From positions 1 through 64,000 of IMG/VR virus record IMGVR_UViG_3300045988_046952: a stretch of 64,000 bases of DNA; one strand, written 5' to 3'. The stretch comes from a virus. Positions 1 through 10,229 of this stretch are shown here, in pieces. Under the pieces are notes generated by a model. That model saw only the letters and a program-made list of their open reading frames with translations. It ran no database searches and had not been told where the DNA came from. Both the position numbers and the translations under genes were made by a program. How positions within the stretch are numbered: position 1 is the first letter of the stretch; each line of letters begins with the position of its first letter.

Positions 1-168
1 GTAATATACTTAGCACATGTAATCTCATCGTCGACTTTAATAAACTGTGACTCCCTTACCTTAATAGGCTTATCAGTAGTATAGAACTTAGAACCTACAC
101 ATTCTACCCTATCCTTCCTAATGAGGTATAGTTGTACTTCATATAGAAAGGAAGGATACACTGTTAGT

Positions 169-627
169 TTAACGTCCCCAGAATGGTAGACAGTCGGGGG
201 CGTAGGTTTTGCCATTCCAAGAATATTTAGTAACCTGGGACTTCTCTGTCTTATATTTACTTAATAAGAAAGGGATGTCAGATTGAATACATTTATGGCT
301 AAATGTGTTCTTTGGTATAGGTTTGTTGGTCTTTGGATTCATTTTACCAGTAGTAAAGTTACCACCCTTTACATACACGACCAGAGTTCCAGGAATAGGA
401 ATAGATTTGGCAGGAGCCGGCCATTGATAACTTGGAGCGGGGAATCGTCTATAGCGTTTCCACAACTTACGTTCTTTAGGAGTTTTACTCCACACACTTG
501 GGTCACGTGGTGTTACAGACGGCTGTCTTAAATGCTCTGCCACCATGAAAGCATCATCGGTCAAATCCTTGATTCTTAGTCTTTTGAATCTCTCTTCCGG
601 AGTCTCTTTGATAGTTTCCTTCTTCAT
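169..627 (-). CDS. hypothetical protein (152 aa)
   Basis: ORF track; co-oriented with minus-strand block; no recognisable motifs. Confidence 0.4.
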   Translation of the reverse strand: MKKETIKETPEERFKRLRIKDLTDDAFMVAEHLRQPSVTPRDPSVWSKTPKERKLWKRYRRFPAPSYQWPAPAKSIPIPGTLVVYVKGGNFTTGKMNPKTNKPIPKNTFSHKCIQSDIPFLLSKYKTEKSQVTKYSWNGKTYAPDCLPFWGR

Positions 628-657
628 TACTGATAAGTTTAATGAGTTAAATATTAG

Positions 658-834
658 TTATTTACCACGTTTAGTATAAACTGTCCCACAGACATTACAT
701 TTGTAAAGCCTGTTGTCATAATCGAACAGCGTGTGAGTAGTATCTCTACCACACCTTGCACAATTCATTAACTTAACAGATTCATACACCTTCTTCGGCT
801 TATGAGGTGCCGTACCTTTCTTACGTGAAGCCAT
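658..834 (-). CDS. small Cys4 zinc-ribbon protein (58 aa)
   Basis: manual ORF below track cutoff (MASRKKGT...CARCGRD...CNVCG); fills gap between ORFs. Confidence 0.4.
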   Translation of the reverse strand: MASRKKGTAPHKPKKVYESVKLMNCARCGRDTTHTLFDYDNRLYKCNVCGTVYTKRGK

Positions 835-837
835 AGC

Positions 838-1110
838 TTAAATTCCTTTAGTTAACTCTTCTAATCTAGTTACTTCTTGTTTGTAATCTTGAATATATTC
901 TTTCAGAGACATGGCATCTGGGTGCTTACACTCTATTCTATAATCCGCTATTCTTTGAAGACATGCAGATATGGGAAGTCCATAACCAATTACTTTAAAC
1001 TCCTGACGTTCTCCGTCCTTAGATTTAATAGTCTTTAGTATAGATAGGTCCCAGAAGTGTAAATTGTCACCTACAGATTCCATTCTAAAGTCAGCTTCTT
1101 CAATAATCAT
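838..1110 (-). CDS. hypothetical protein (90 aa)
   Basis: ORF track. Confidence 0.4.
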   Translation of the reverse strand: MIIEEADFRMESVGDNLHFWDLSILKTIKSKDGERQEFKVIGYGLPISACLQRIADYRIECKHPDAMSLKEYIQDYKQEVTRLEELTKGI

Positions 1111-1139
1111 ACTTGATTATCCGTAAAGTTAGTATTAGT

Positions 1140-1352
1140 TTAATCTGATTGTTCTTCTAATACCTTACCTATTAGCCATAAGTATAAGAATGGTGATATG
1201 ACTGGACATGTCATCCACCAACCTACATCCTCCTCTACGACTTCCCAGAAGTATTCTTCATCCAAGTCGTAGTATGCAAGCATGTAGTTTAGTACAATGT
1301 TTAATAAGTAAGATACACCATATAGTGCAAGTACTATTAATATTACAATCAC
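1140..1352 (-). CDS. small hydrophobic membrane protein (70 aa)
   Basis: ORF track; GTG start; hydrophobic N-terminus. Confidence 0.35.
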   Translation of the reverse strand: MIVILIVLALYGVSYLLNIVLNYMLAYYDLDEEYFWEVVEEDVGWWMTCPVISPFLYLWLIGKVLEEQSD

Positions 1353-1825
1353 AATTTCTCTTTCTCTACTCTAAATTGACAACATAGTTTCTGCAACTCG
1401 AGTATGACGGGTTCTAAGGTACTAACACCCTTAACCAACACTGCTCGTTGGTCTACCGTCCTTCTGGCTAAATGGGATTGGACGCTGGAAACAGCATCTT
1501 CATATCTCTTCTTAATAAAGTCTCTGTTCTCGAAATACTTGGGAATCTTACCATGTAGATATATTAAAGCATCTAGTGCCTTAATAAGTTCCTTATGGCT
1601 CATAGAAGTAGATATTCTGTCATAAATAAATACATATCTATCAACTCCGTCTGGAATGATATTTATATATTTATCAGTTTCAGTTCCTTCTCTTCCTACA
1701 TGGTCTGCTAACCTCACAGTAGCAGAGAATCCATTTAATGTATAGTACTCCGAATCTCCCTTATAATTAGTAGAAGTAAACCCCTTCCTCTTTAGCCACG
1801 CTTTTAGTTTGCTCAACCCTCTCAT
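1349..1825 (-). CDS. hypothetical protein (158 aa)
   Basis: ORF track; TGA stop overlapping next start. Confidence 0.4.
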   Translation of the reverse strand: MRGLSKLKAWLKRKGFTSTNYKGDSEYYTLNGFSATVRLADHVGREGTETDKYINIIPDGVDRYVFIYDRISTSMSHKELIKALDALIYLHGKIPKYFENRDFIKKRYEDAVSSVQSHLARRTVDQRAVLVKGVSTLEPVILELQKLCCQFRVEKEKL

Positions 1826-2072
1826 CTTGTTTAATCTTCTTTTCCACCTTTCGAAATATCAAGTCTCCGTCAAGTGGACATCTACACTCCATAATACAGT
1901 CACTGGCTTTAAAGTAACAGCCAAAGCACGCGCAACCACTGTCAACGATTTCCACCGGACTACCGTTTACAGTGATAAGGTCTCCTGCCTGTAAAATGGG
2001 TATTAGTTCATTGTCTTCATATTTAAACCTCTGCATATCTAAAGTTAAAAAAGAAGGGCCAAACCCAGACAA
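1767..2072 (-). CDS. Cys-rich hypothetical protein (101 aa)
   Basis: ORF track; multiple Cys pairs; overlaps downstream ORF by 59 nt. Confidence 0.35.
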   Translation of the reverse strand: MSGFGPSFLTLDMQRFKYEDNELIPILQAGDLITVNGSPVEIVDSGCACFGCYFKASDCIMECRCPLDGDLIFRKVEKKIKQDERVEQTKSVAKEEGVYFY

Positions 2073-2283
2073 TCACTAGAGTAGACCTTACCTCATCAGA
2101 AGTAAAGAATAATCTAATAACTAATCCGAATTTGACCCTAAACGGCAGTACGAATATCGTTCTGCGCGATTAGCACTACATTAAATATAACGTAGCCTAA
2201 AGTCCGTTACCATAAACTGATAACAATAATGCCAATGCCTGGCATTAGGTGTGTTGCTAAAAGCAACGAAGAAGAGCCTACAA

Positions 2284-2295
2284 CCCCCCCCCCCC
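2284..2295. repeat. C12 homopolymer tract (intergenic)
   Basis: read directly. Confidence 0.8.
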
Positions 2296-2349
2296 TAGTG
2301 ATATTCTGGCTGGAATGTCTATTCCATAACCTATCACCATACATAAGAA

Positions 2350-2718
2350 CTATTCAAAGTAGTCTGGGAACTTATCTTTTAATATTTCAGATATGTCCAC
2401 GCCGGTCAGTTCAGCCATAGATAATTCTTCCAACATTGCGTCTTCAGAATCGTCTACACTGCTGTCAGCACTGTCAATAAGGTTGAGCAATAATTGAGCT
2501 TTCTCATCAGTCAGCCCGTCTTGTGCCCATTTGCTTACTACTTCTGCAAAGAACTCATCGAACTCGTAAGAAGTCCGCTCATCTTCATCAGCGATTACAT
2601 TCTTCTTAGCAAACAGTTCTTTGATGTCTTCATCTGTAATAGTTCCGGCTTTATCATAAGCCGCGTTCAATGACTCTATAAGAGAGTCTTGTTCATCGAA
2701 TGTCATTGTTGTTAACAA
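2350..2718 (-). CDS. highly acidic protein (122 aa), possible DNA-mimic type
   Basis: ORF track; very D/E rich; TAG stop. Confidence 0.4.
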   Translation of the reverse strand: MLTTMTFDEQDSLIESLNAAYDKAGTITDEDIKELFAKKNVIADEDERTSYEFDEFFAEVVSKWAQDGLTDEKAQLLLNLIDSADSSVDDSEDAMLEELSMAELTGVDISEILKDKFPDYFE

Positions 2719-2871
2719 TTAATGTTAAGAACATGTGAATAGTCTATTCACACCAACCCTCAAGGGCTTAAGATAATGTATGGTAATCAAATCACCATTA
2801 CAGCAGTGGGGACTGCTTAAACAGGCATTTCACTCTCAATTATGCCTGTGGTTATGTTAGAATAAAGAAAT

Positions 2872-3234
2872 TCACTTCTTCCAGGATATGAATAGATATT
2901 CTCCAACTAAGCCAGGATATCCTTCTTTATCAATAACCTTAACGAAGAATCGTTTATCTTCGTAGTATTTAAGGATTTCATCCTTGGCTTTAGCTACATC
3001 ATCATTCAAATCCATAACAAGACTAAAGTAATTGTTCTCACTCTTAGCCTTAATAAGTTGGTCAGTAGTATCTAGAAACCTCTTAATTAGAGTTTCTTGT
3101 GTCACCACTTCATTGTAAGTGGCAACTGAATATGCCTCGTCCGCATTCATAGATTCACCTTCCAACAATTTACCAAAATTAAAGATATTCTTCATAATAA
3201 CTAATAATTGGTTTGTGGTCCAGACGAGATTCAA
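2872..3234 (-). CDS. hypothetical protein (TTG start overlaps tRNA; ATG at 3195 more likely)
   Basis: ORF track; first 13 codons overlap tRNA-Arg 3216-3289. Confidence 0.4.
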   Translation of the reverse strand: MNLVWTTNQLLVIMKNIFNFGKLLEGESMNADEAYSVATYNEVVTQETLIKRFLDTTDQLIKAKSENNYFSLVMDLNDDVAKAKDEILKYYEDKRFFVKVIDKEGYPGLVGEYLFISWKK

Positions 3235-3289
3235 ACTCGTGACCTTCCCTTTAGGAGAGGGACGCTCTATTCTACTGAGCTACTAGACC
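3216..3289 (-). tRNA. tRNA-Arg(CCT)
   Basis: manual fold: acceptor GGTCTAG/CTGGACC, anticodon loop CTCCTAA, T-loop TTTGAAT. Confidence 0.75.
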
Positions 3290-3297
3290 CCTTTACG

Positions 3298-3663
3298 TTA
3301 TACGTTAATACTCCCAGTATGTCTGCCTTTTATTTTAACAGAATTAGCATCAATGTCTCCTTGTACATTACCACCAACCTCAATACTGTTAGCTTCTATA
3401 GAACCTCCCACATTGCCTTTAACTTTAACACTATTACCATGTACAGCAAATGCGTCTCCGTCAATATCACATGTGTTGCAGTTAAGCTCTTTTACGTTAC
3501 CAGTAAAACTGATATGTACACTATCCTTATTAGTTTCAGATATTAATTTACCATTTACGTAAATTTTACGCTTGATTTGTGAGATAGTGATATTGTCCTC
3601 TTCAATGTTATAGGACTCATTATCAATAAATAACTTATTCATGATTCTCTTTATCCAGTTCAT
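3298..3663 (-). CDS. bactofilin-like beta-repeat protein (121 aa)
   Basis: repeats GNVxGxIxANSVxVxG typical of bactofilin/beta-helix folds. Confidence 0.4.
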   Translation of the reverse strand: MNWIKRIMNKLFIDNESYNIEEDNITISQIKRKIYVNGKLISETNKDSVHISFTGNVKELNCNTCDIDGDAFAVHGNSVKVKGNVGGSIEANSIEVGGNVQGDIDANSVKIKGRHTGSINV

Positions 3664-4262
3664 CTTCCTTCGTAATACTTAATCAGTTTATCAAATGCTT
3701 CAATCCTAGCATTGTGACCTTTCTCATCATCTGGAATCCACCAAAATGCTTTACCGTACCTATCCTTAGGTGCCCCTAAGAACTCTCTGTTAAATTCTGG
3801 GAACATGGTAACTACATCATGTTCATCGTAGATGTTGATTCCTCGTTCGGTTCCAGCCATAGCATGTTCAATGCAGAAACACATTCCCCAGTATTCTGAA
3901 TGGTCTTCAAACAGTTTCTTAGCTTTTAGTAAGATAGCGTGCTTATCGATTCTTTCTGTGTACCAATGGATGAGTTTGTCGAAGGCTATAAGCCTATGTT
4001 TCTTCTCATCTACTGGCCACCAGAAGACAAGTCTAGCCACTTCTTCTTGTTTGACATTACCTCCTAGAAACTCTGGATTAAACTCCGGAATTAGTGTTAC
4101 TAATTCATTATAAGAGGGAGGTATTCCTTCTTTAAACACTCCGTTGAATGCTTGCTTCATATAGTGGCACATACCACCATTCTTATCACTGCCTGGTTTT
4201 GTATTTTTATCATACAAGTCTTTAGCAGTCTTTAATCTTTTAATAATTTCTAAGTTAGTCAT
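3660..4262 (-). CDS. internal tandem-repeat protein (200 aa)
   Basis: two copies of FPEFNxEFLG...WWxxDEKxH...AFDKLIxYY; ATGA overlap with downstream ORF. Confidence 0.45.
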   Translation of the reverse strand: MTNLEIIKRLKTAKDLYDKNTKPGSDKNGGMCHYMKQAFNGVFKEGIPPSYNELVTLIPEFNPEFLGGNVKQEEVARLVFWWPVDEKKHRLIAFDKLIHWYTERIDKHAILLKAKKLFEDHSEYWGMCFCIEHAMAGTERGINIYDEHDVVTMFPEFNREFLGAPKDRYGKAFWWIPDDEKGHNARIEAFDKLIKYYEGR

Positions 4263-4282
4263 CTCTTTCCTTATTAAGTTAG

Positions 4283-4354
4283 TAGTCCCAGGCAGAGTCG
4301 AACTGCCATTTCAGGTTCCGTAGACCAGCGTTCTATCCATTGAACTATGGGACC
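4283..4354 (-). tRNA. tRNA-Arg(ACG)
   Basis: manual fold: acceptor GGTCCCA/TGGGACT, anticodon loop CTACGGA (one stem mismatch), T-arm GGCAG-TTCGACT-CTGCC. Confidence 0.65.
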
Positions 4355-4500
4355 ATACAGGAAGCAATTCCGATTTAACGGCCGCCCTTGCCAGTATCAC
4401 GTACTGGGCTTTTCACGTGGACGGTCTGTCAGCATAACTCACAGTATTACTTACATGCTTCCTTTAATTTTAGCCTCTTCCAGCGCAAGAGCACTTATAG

Positions 4501-4767
4501 TCACTCTTCGCCATAGTACATCAAGTATAGCACCTGCTGACGCAAACCATATCTACGTGTAACCACGTTGGCTTCCGCTCTCCTGGAAAGCACAGCATTG
4601 ATACTCCTCTTGAGTTTATCGGCATCAAATAGCAAACCAGTCACTCCTACTAATCCATTAGGCTCATCAGCGCAGATGTAGTCTACTGCTTCAAAGAGCT
4701 GGGCTTTAGTTTCAGAGCTGTTCACCTTCTGCCATTTCTTTATTTCTTTCTCAAAGTCCATAATCAA
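4501..4767 (-). CDS. hypothetical protein (88 aa)
   Basis: ORF track. Confidence 0.4.
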   Translation of the reverse strand: MIMDFEKEIKKWQKVNSSETKAQLFEAVDYICADEPNGLVGVTGLLFDADKLKRSINAVLSRRAEANVVTRRYGLRQQVLYLMYYGEE

Positions 4768-5138
4768 TTAAGTGCTTCGAGTTCTTTAGCCAATTCTTCC
4801 AGAGACTTACCTTCGAGTTCTGCGTCTTGTTTCTTAGCCATAAGGTCAAGAATCTTCTGACGCTTAGCTTTCTTCTCACTTTCAAGTAGACGGTCTTCCT
4901 GTTCTTGCAACTTAACATCAATAATGTGTTTTGCAATATTGAATTTCAGTTCAAGTTCAGTAGTGTCTTTAGTCCGGGTTTTGATGAAGCTTTCAGTTTT
5001 AGATTCTTGCAATTTCTTGTTAAGGGCAATTGCAATATTGTCAAGTTGAATTAAGGGTAAATCCCACAAGTCTTCAACAGAAAGAACTCCACGTTGCGTG
5101 TTAAAACGCAATTTCATTCTAGATGCTTTCTCAAACAT
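4764..5138 (-). CDS. coiled-coil hypothetical protein (124 aa)
   Basis: ORF track; K/E-rich. Confidence 0.4.
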   Translation of the reverse strand: MFEKASRMKLRFNTQRGVLSVEDLWDLPLIQLDNIAIALNKKLQESKTESFIKTRTKDTTELELKFNIAKHIIDVKLQEQEDRLLESEKKAKRQKILDLMAKKQDAELEGKSLEELAKELEALN

Positions 5139-5140
5139 AA

Positions 5141-6079
5141 TTATAGCATTAAATTGTTAATACGTTTATATTCTTCAAACACTTTGTCCTCTGATTCTTC
5201 TCCCCACATACTGTGAATGAGAACACCGTAAGCACAAGGCTGGTACACAATAGGGTCTACTGCCTTCTTAGTGATTGTAACCTCTGGATTGTTTAATTGA
5301 CCAGGAGGGCAAGCTACAAATAGCTCATTTCTACCTATCTTAACAGCATCAAAGGAAACTATGTTAGGATAGCTAAAACCCTTTACATCAGCAGGAAGAC
5401 CAGGATTCTTGTTAACTATACTGGACAGCCTAAGTGTACCTTCTATATCAGGACCAATAACTATGTGATTATGTGATTCTATGTATTTCTTTAAATTGTT
5501 TAGCATAGTTTCACTGTCACTGTACCCATAGTTAATACCTGTAACATAATAATATGCTCCATTAACATACTCCAATCCTAAATCAGAGAACATGGGTCCT
5601 TCACCACTAAGTTTGCGTTTAACCTCTATGATTTCTCTAATATTACGGTCAGGAATCACTCCAGTGTACTGTTTTAGTAGACCTTTGACAAGTTTATACT
5701 TCTTACAAACTTCATCAAACTGTTTAGAGCCAACCAGAAGAGTACTCTCTCCGAACACCTCTCTTGCACGCTTTACGAAATTAAATAAGTTCTTAGCGCG
5801 CATGGCATCCGTAGCTATCTGATTATATTCAGATATTTTAGCCTGTAATAGCCTAGCATTCTTTGAGCTACCTAGCCCAGCATCAACCAACGTGTTGTAT
5901 TCTCTTATTAATGTATCTCTATTAGGAATATCAACTGATGTCTTGGAAACAGAACGTAGATATTCCTCCATACATAAAGCAAGAGCCATAGCTATGTTGG
6001 ACTGAGTAGTCATCACCGGCATGTCAACCACTTCTGGAGTTATAACTTCAGAATCATTGCGTTTTAGAAATCTAAACAT
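5141..6079 (-). CDS. duplicated-family protein A1 (312 aa), C-terminus GVLIHSMWGEESEDKVF
   Basis: paralogous to 8096-8962 over about 250 aa. Confidence 0.5.
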   Translation of the reverse strand: MFRFLKRNDSEVITPEVVDMPVMTTQSNIAMALALCMEEYLRSVSKTSVDIPNRDTLIREYNTLVDAGLGSSKNARLLQAKISEYNQIATDAMRAKNLFNFVKRAREVFGESTLLVGSKQFDEVCKKYKLVKGLLKQYTGVIPDRNIREIIEVKRKLSGEGPMFSDLGLEYVNGAYYYVTGINYGYSDSETMLNNLKKYIESHNHIVIGPDIEGTLRLSSIVNKNPGLPADVKGFSYPNIVSFDAVKIGRNELFVACPPGQLNNPEVTITKKAVDPIVYQPCAYGVLIHSMWGEESEDKVFEEYKRINNLML

Positions 6080-8091
6080 CAGAAATTGACTTTTAAAGTT
6101 CTACTAAATGTTCCGTCCACTTTAACAATAACGGAATTACGCATAGTAGATGAGAATCCTAATCCACTCAATTGATGTTCTTGGTAAGGAGTCTTCATCT
6201 TATCAGCTAGAACCTCAAATACCTTACGGTGAGGAGTTAGCTCACTGTTAAGATATTCGTTAAAGAATCCACGAACAGGCTCCGGATTCTTGCAATCATC
6301 CAACATAAAGAAGTAATGTTTATTGCCAATACCCTGCTCATCCCAATAATTGGGAGACATCATCATCACGTTCACCTTATGGAACTTGTTAGTATCAATA
6401 TTCCATAGGCTTACTGACGAATGGCTAGTACTGGGTATTAGCTCTCTTATTTGGATGCCTTTAGATTTACTGTAAGTAATCTCGGCAACCATGACATTCT
6501 CTTTATGTTTAACGGGTTTGTCATAGACAAATTGTCGGACTTCTCCATTGTGTTCTATTTCCAATGTAAATCCTGTATCAACAGATTCTCTACAATGAAA
6601 GTTATTAACATACACAACATACTTACCTTCAAGCATCTTGCGTTCGTTAACCCATATAATGTTCTCAACGGGTTTGCGAGTTTTGCCATATCCAGCATTT
6701 TCATCCACGTCTAGCTTACCGCCACTTTTACCAGTTCTGTTAGAATAGTAGATTTCGTTGTATGAAGGTTCAACGACATGCAAATCCAAGTCATCATAGT
6801 TAGACCATGCCAACGAACATCTTAAGAATCCTTCAGTCTGACCACCAGCAGCTCTTACTTTCTCTTTAATAGAATCAGCTACTCCTCCATTATATGTCCA
6901 AGCAAAGTTGTTTGGCCATTTAAATAGGTTCTTAGCATCCTTGTTAACAGGAGCTGTAAGAGTTACTAAGTTATTGGACAGTCTACTTTCCATTAACACT
7001 TCTATGTTAGTGGCAGTAGGTATCACATTAGCAATGAAATCATCAATGCTAATTTCAGTTAACTTGTCAAACTTCTTAGGATTGACTTTAGTGTCTGCGG
7101 CTAGTTCTTCGAATATATTTCCAGCCATTACCTTCTTGGCATCACGATTAGCGAATATAACATTGTTGACTGTTATATCCTCTAAGGCAGCATGTCTACG
7201 AGGTAGAGAATCCATAAGACCTAGTTCCTGCACTTTCTTCTGTGCTTCCTCAATCATTCTTTTAGTAACAATTGACTTAGGTCTTTGATAGTTCTCTGGA
7301 GCCATGATACGTTCGTATGCAGTCACACAATCGTCCAGTTCAAGTCCTGATGATATATTTACCAACAATGTACCAATTGCCGTATTACGAATGCGTGCAC
7401 ATCCTACACGATTGAAGTTTGCCCAACACCAGTTGTCTTTCTCTTCATCAGGTAATGAATCATAGTGTCTTTTATGACCCAGGAATACACTTAAGTCATT
7501 TTTAAACTGTTCTCCTCTATATAAAGCATTCTGACCTATTAAGTCCAGAACTGTTTCTATAGAATCGATAGTTAATTCCTCCAGTGCACGTTTGAACACT
7601 TCCTTAGTTGTGCGTAAAGTCCCCATTACAGCAGATACGGATTCAGTTCCTGTATACACCAATTGATTTGGCATATGATAGTAAAGATGATTCCAGGTAA
7701 TTACTTTAGGACCTTGCAAACTGTCAATATAGGCATTGTTTCTATCAATTCCTAGTTCATAATCACGAGTGATAAAAACATCTACAACTGGTTTTGATTT
7801 CACTAATGCATCGAGATTTCTAGCTACAGTAGCATAAGGTTCATCCAACTGTAGGTTCTCCCACATGGTTACTACTTTATTGTCTTTAATGGCGACAACT
7901 CTACCATAATGTCTGATATAATGTTTACAATTGTTGCAATTATGAGACTGTCTCTCTTCCTCCGGAAAGGAATTAAGGTAACAATCCCATAATGCACCCT
8001 TGTCTACATTAGTCAGAAAGAGCATGTCTGCACCAGCAGCTAGTTGATTAAACTGCGCATGGACTGCTCTTTTAAACTTGACAAATTCCAT
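6079..8091 (-). CDS. large hypothetical protein (670 aa)
   Basis: long uninterrupted ORF flanked by the two paralogs; ATGA overlap. Confidence 0.5.
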   Translation of the reverse strand: MEFVKFKRAVHAQFNQLAAGADMLFLTNVDKGALWDCYLNSFPEEERQSHNCNNCKHYIRHYGRVVAIKDNKVVTMWENLQLDEPYATVARNLDALVKSKPVVDVFITRDYELGIDRNNAYIDSLQGPKVITWNHLYYHMPNQLVYTGTESVSAVMGTLRTTKEVFKRALEELTIDSIETVLDLIGQNALYRGEQFKNDLSVFLGHKRHYDSLPDEEKDNWCWANFNRVGCARIRNTAIGTLLVNISSGLELDDCVTAYERIMAPENYQRPKSIVTKRMIEEAQKKVQELGLMDSLPRRHAALEDITVNNVIFANRDAKKVMAGNIFEELAADTKVNPKKFDKLTEISIDDFIANVIPTATNIEVLMESRLSNNLVTLTAPVNKDAKNLFKWPNNFAWTYNGGVADSIKEKVRAAGGQTEGFLRCSLAWSNYDDLDLHVVEPSYNEIYYSNRTGKSGGKLDVDENAGYGKTRKPVENIIWVNERKMLEGKYVVYVNNFHCRESVDTGFTLEIEHNGEVRQFVYDKPVKHKENVMVAEITYSKSKGIQIRELIPSTSHSSVSLWNIDTNKFHKVNVMMMSPNYWDEQGIGNKHYFFMLDDCKNPEPVRGFFNEYLNSELTPHRKVFEVLADKMKTPYQEHQLSGLGFSSTMRNSVIVKVDGTFSRTLKVNF

Positions 8092-8095
8092 AATC

Positions 8096-8962
8096 TTATA
8101 AAGGTTTAATATTGTCGAATATATTGTCTTCGGCTTCTACTCCCCATTTAGAGTGAATCATTACCCCTATTGGAGTTACTTGAAATACAAATGGGTCATT
8201 ATTAATGGGAATAATCTTCCTTTCCGGAACTGTAAACCGCATCGTTTCATTCATTTCTTCAATAGGAGCGGCAATGAATAAGTCAGCACTGCTACATTCT
8301 TTTGAATCAGCAATGTTCACATCATGTGCCTTGGCTTTATTAAGGATATGAAAGAATGGATATGCATTCATTCTAGCCTTATTTCTACTCAAATACATAA
8401 GCCCAACCTGGGAAGGTTCCTGTCTAATGAAGTACCTTCCAACCGGATAGGACATGCTATCAATAGGCATAGGGTGAGTAGCAACTTGCATACCAGTAAC
8501 ATACCGTAAAGGTGAACCGTTTCCGCTGTAGTTAACATACTCATTTGCCTCAAGTGCTTGAGCAGTAGCCATTACCTTGGAGATTTCATCAATGTTCTCA
8601 TCAGGCACAGAACCTTTATAAGCTGATAGTCTTCCAACAACTAATCCATACTTAACATTCAGATTAATGAAATCCTCCTCCTTAAGTATCAATGAGCCAG
8701 GGAAATGTCTTTGCAAAAAGCTATAACATTTTAAGACTTTAAGGTCCTCTTCCGAAGTGATAGCATCACCTACTTCTTTAGAATTAGTAAATCCTAAAGC
8801 TTTCAGTTTGACAGCCTTATCAACTAGTTGATGATTCGGATTCAGACCCTTAATAGTCTTCATGTACTCTACAGCCATTAGAGTATAAGCTAATTGCACT
8901 TCTTGGGCTGTGAATCTCTTTGTGCCTACAGACGTATCTGTAGAAGGACTAAAATTGTTCAT
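8096..8962 (-). CDS. duplicated-family protein A2 (288 aa), C-terminus GVMIHSKWGVEAEDNIF
   Basis: paralogous to 5141-6079. Confidence 0.5.
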   Translation of the reverse strand: MNNFSPSTDTSVGTKRFTAQEVQLAYTLMAVEYMKTIKGLNPNHQLVDKAVKLKALGFTNSKEVGDAITSEEDLKVLKCYSFLQRHFPGSLILKEEDFINLNVKYGLVVGRLSAYKGSVPDENIDEISKVMATAQALEANEYVNYSGNGSPLRYVTGMQVATHPMPIDSMSYPVGRYFIRQEPSQVGLMYLSRNKARMNAYPFFHILNKAKAHDVNIADSKECSSADLFIAAPIEEMNETMRFTVPERKIIPINNDPFVFQVTPIGVMIHSKWGVEAEDNIFDNIKPL

Positions 8963-9082
8963 AATTACTTTTGTTTAACTGAACCTGGTCTGGTAGTAGC
9001 TCTCTTAAATGAATCAGATTGCTTATCCCACCAAGCCTGTCGGTCTTTAAGACGTTGTACTTTCTTCTTGTATTTCATAGGT

Positions 9083-9556
9083 TTATCCTATTTCGTTACT
9101 AGCATTATAAGCAAGCTTGTCGGCTTCCTTATTATGTTCATCACTTGCGTGACCTTTACACCACTCAACAGACACTACTTTATGCCTGTTCACAGCCTTA
9201 TCAAGACGTTCCCACAAATCAGTGTTGGCTTTCCTCTTCCACCCTTTAGTAAGAGTTCCTACAATATACATAGAATCTGTCACTATTGTAATTTCAGAAG
9301 GTTCCTTTATGGATTCCAGGGCAACTATGGCAGCCATTTGCTCCATTCGCTGATTGGTGCTGTTCTTATACATCTTACTGTATTGGAATATCTTCTTGTC
9401 ATCCTCTAAAATGACAAAGCCTATTCCCCCTTGATTTCTCGCAGGGGAATAGGCACCATCACAGTATATTCTGTACTTATGCGTCGGCATTAGGATTCTC
9501 AACAAAATCCTCATCATCCTCATCTTCTTCAGTTTCGGATATGACATCTTCATCAA
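9083..9556 (-). CDS. ribonuclease H (RNase HI-like)
   Basis: motifs YCDGAY...GGIG, NQRMEQMAAIVALE, IVTDSMYIV, WCKGHASDEHNKEADKLA; true start probably an internal Met near 9490. Confidence 0.65.
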   Translation of the reverse strand: MMKMSYPKLKKMRMMRILLRILMPTHKYRIYCDGAYSPARNQGGIGFVILEDDKKIFQYSKMYKNSTNQRMEQMAAIVALESIKEPSEITIVTDSMYIVGTLTKGWKRKANTDLWERLDKAVNRHKVVSVEWCKGHASDEHNKEADKLAYNASNEIG

Positions 9557-10007
9557 TAAGGTGCTTAACCCACATACCTAAGATAAAGATGACATAGAAT
9601 TTGTCTTCCTCCTGTTTGTAGTTAACCTTGTCAGAGACTTCATTAACTACATCTAACATTGTGAACTCCTCTTTAGCCATAGCATCATCAGCTATAGCAG
9701 ACATTTCTTCTACATAAGGTCTAGCCTTCTGCATCGCTTCGTCAAAACTCTTTACTAAGGCTATGCCTTCATCACCTCTAATTTGCATAGCAACAGATAG
9801 AGGTTGTTGCAATTCATTTCTAAAGAAGCCCAAATAGAAAGCTTTCTCTACATTTCCGTTCACGAAGTCATTGAAAGATTTAGCTTTCATTACTTCTTCT
9901 ACTTTGAAATCAATTTCTGATACGTCTCTGATTTTGTCCATAATGTTATGATAGCAACCCACCAATCTTCTCGGCCATGGCTGTTGCTTTGTTAGAAACT
10001 GCTTCAA
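9477..10007 (-). CDS. hypothetical protein with poly-acidic C-terminus (176 aa)
   Basis: ORF track; ETEEDEDDEDF tail. Confidence 0.4.
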   Translation of the reverse strand: MKQFLTKQQPWPRRLVGCYHNIMDKIRDVSEIDFKVEEVMKAKSFNDFVNGNVEKAFYLGFFRNELQQPLSVAMQIRGDEGIALVKSFDEAMQKARPYVEEMSAIADDAMAKEEFTMLDVVNEVSDKVNYKQEEDKFYVIFILGMWVKHLIDEDVISETEEDEDDEDFVENPNADA

Positions 10008-10197
10008 GGTTTGCAGCTTCAGTTTGTAATTCGATAATCTCTTGTTCTCTAACCTCTTTCTCTGCTTGAGCTTTAGATGCTACCTCTTTAAGATTGGTAA
10101 CAGCTTTCTCAAATACATCAATAATCTTAGCTGACTCTTCGGCTAGTGAGGTACTTGTTACTTTAGCCGGTTCGGCTGATTGTTTCTTTCCAAACAT
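9946..10197 (-). CDS. coiled-coil hypothetical protein (83 aa)
   Basis: ORF track. Confidence 0.35.
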   Translation of the reverse strand: MFGKKQSAEPAKVTSTSLAEESAKIIDVFEKAVTNLKEVASKAQAEKEVREQEIIELQTEAANLEAVSNKATAMAEKIGGLLS

Positions 10198-10229
10198 CTT
10201 ATAGGATTAGAATTACAGGGTTCAGGGTG

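Noticed and set aside
2229-2420. 63-aa plus-strand ORF running through the C12 tract
   Set aside because: Lies alone on the opposite strand in an otherwise minus-strand block; proline-rich translation caused by the homopolymer; likely spurious, though the tract itself is reported
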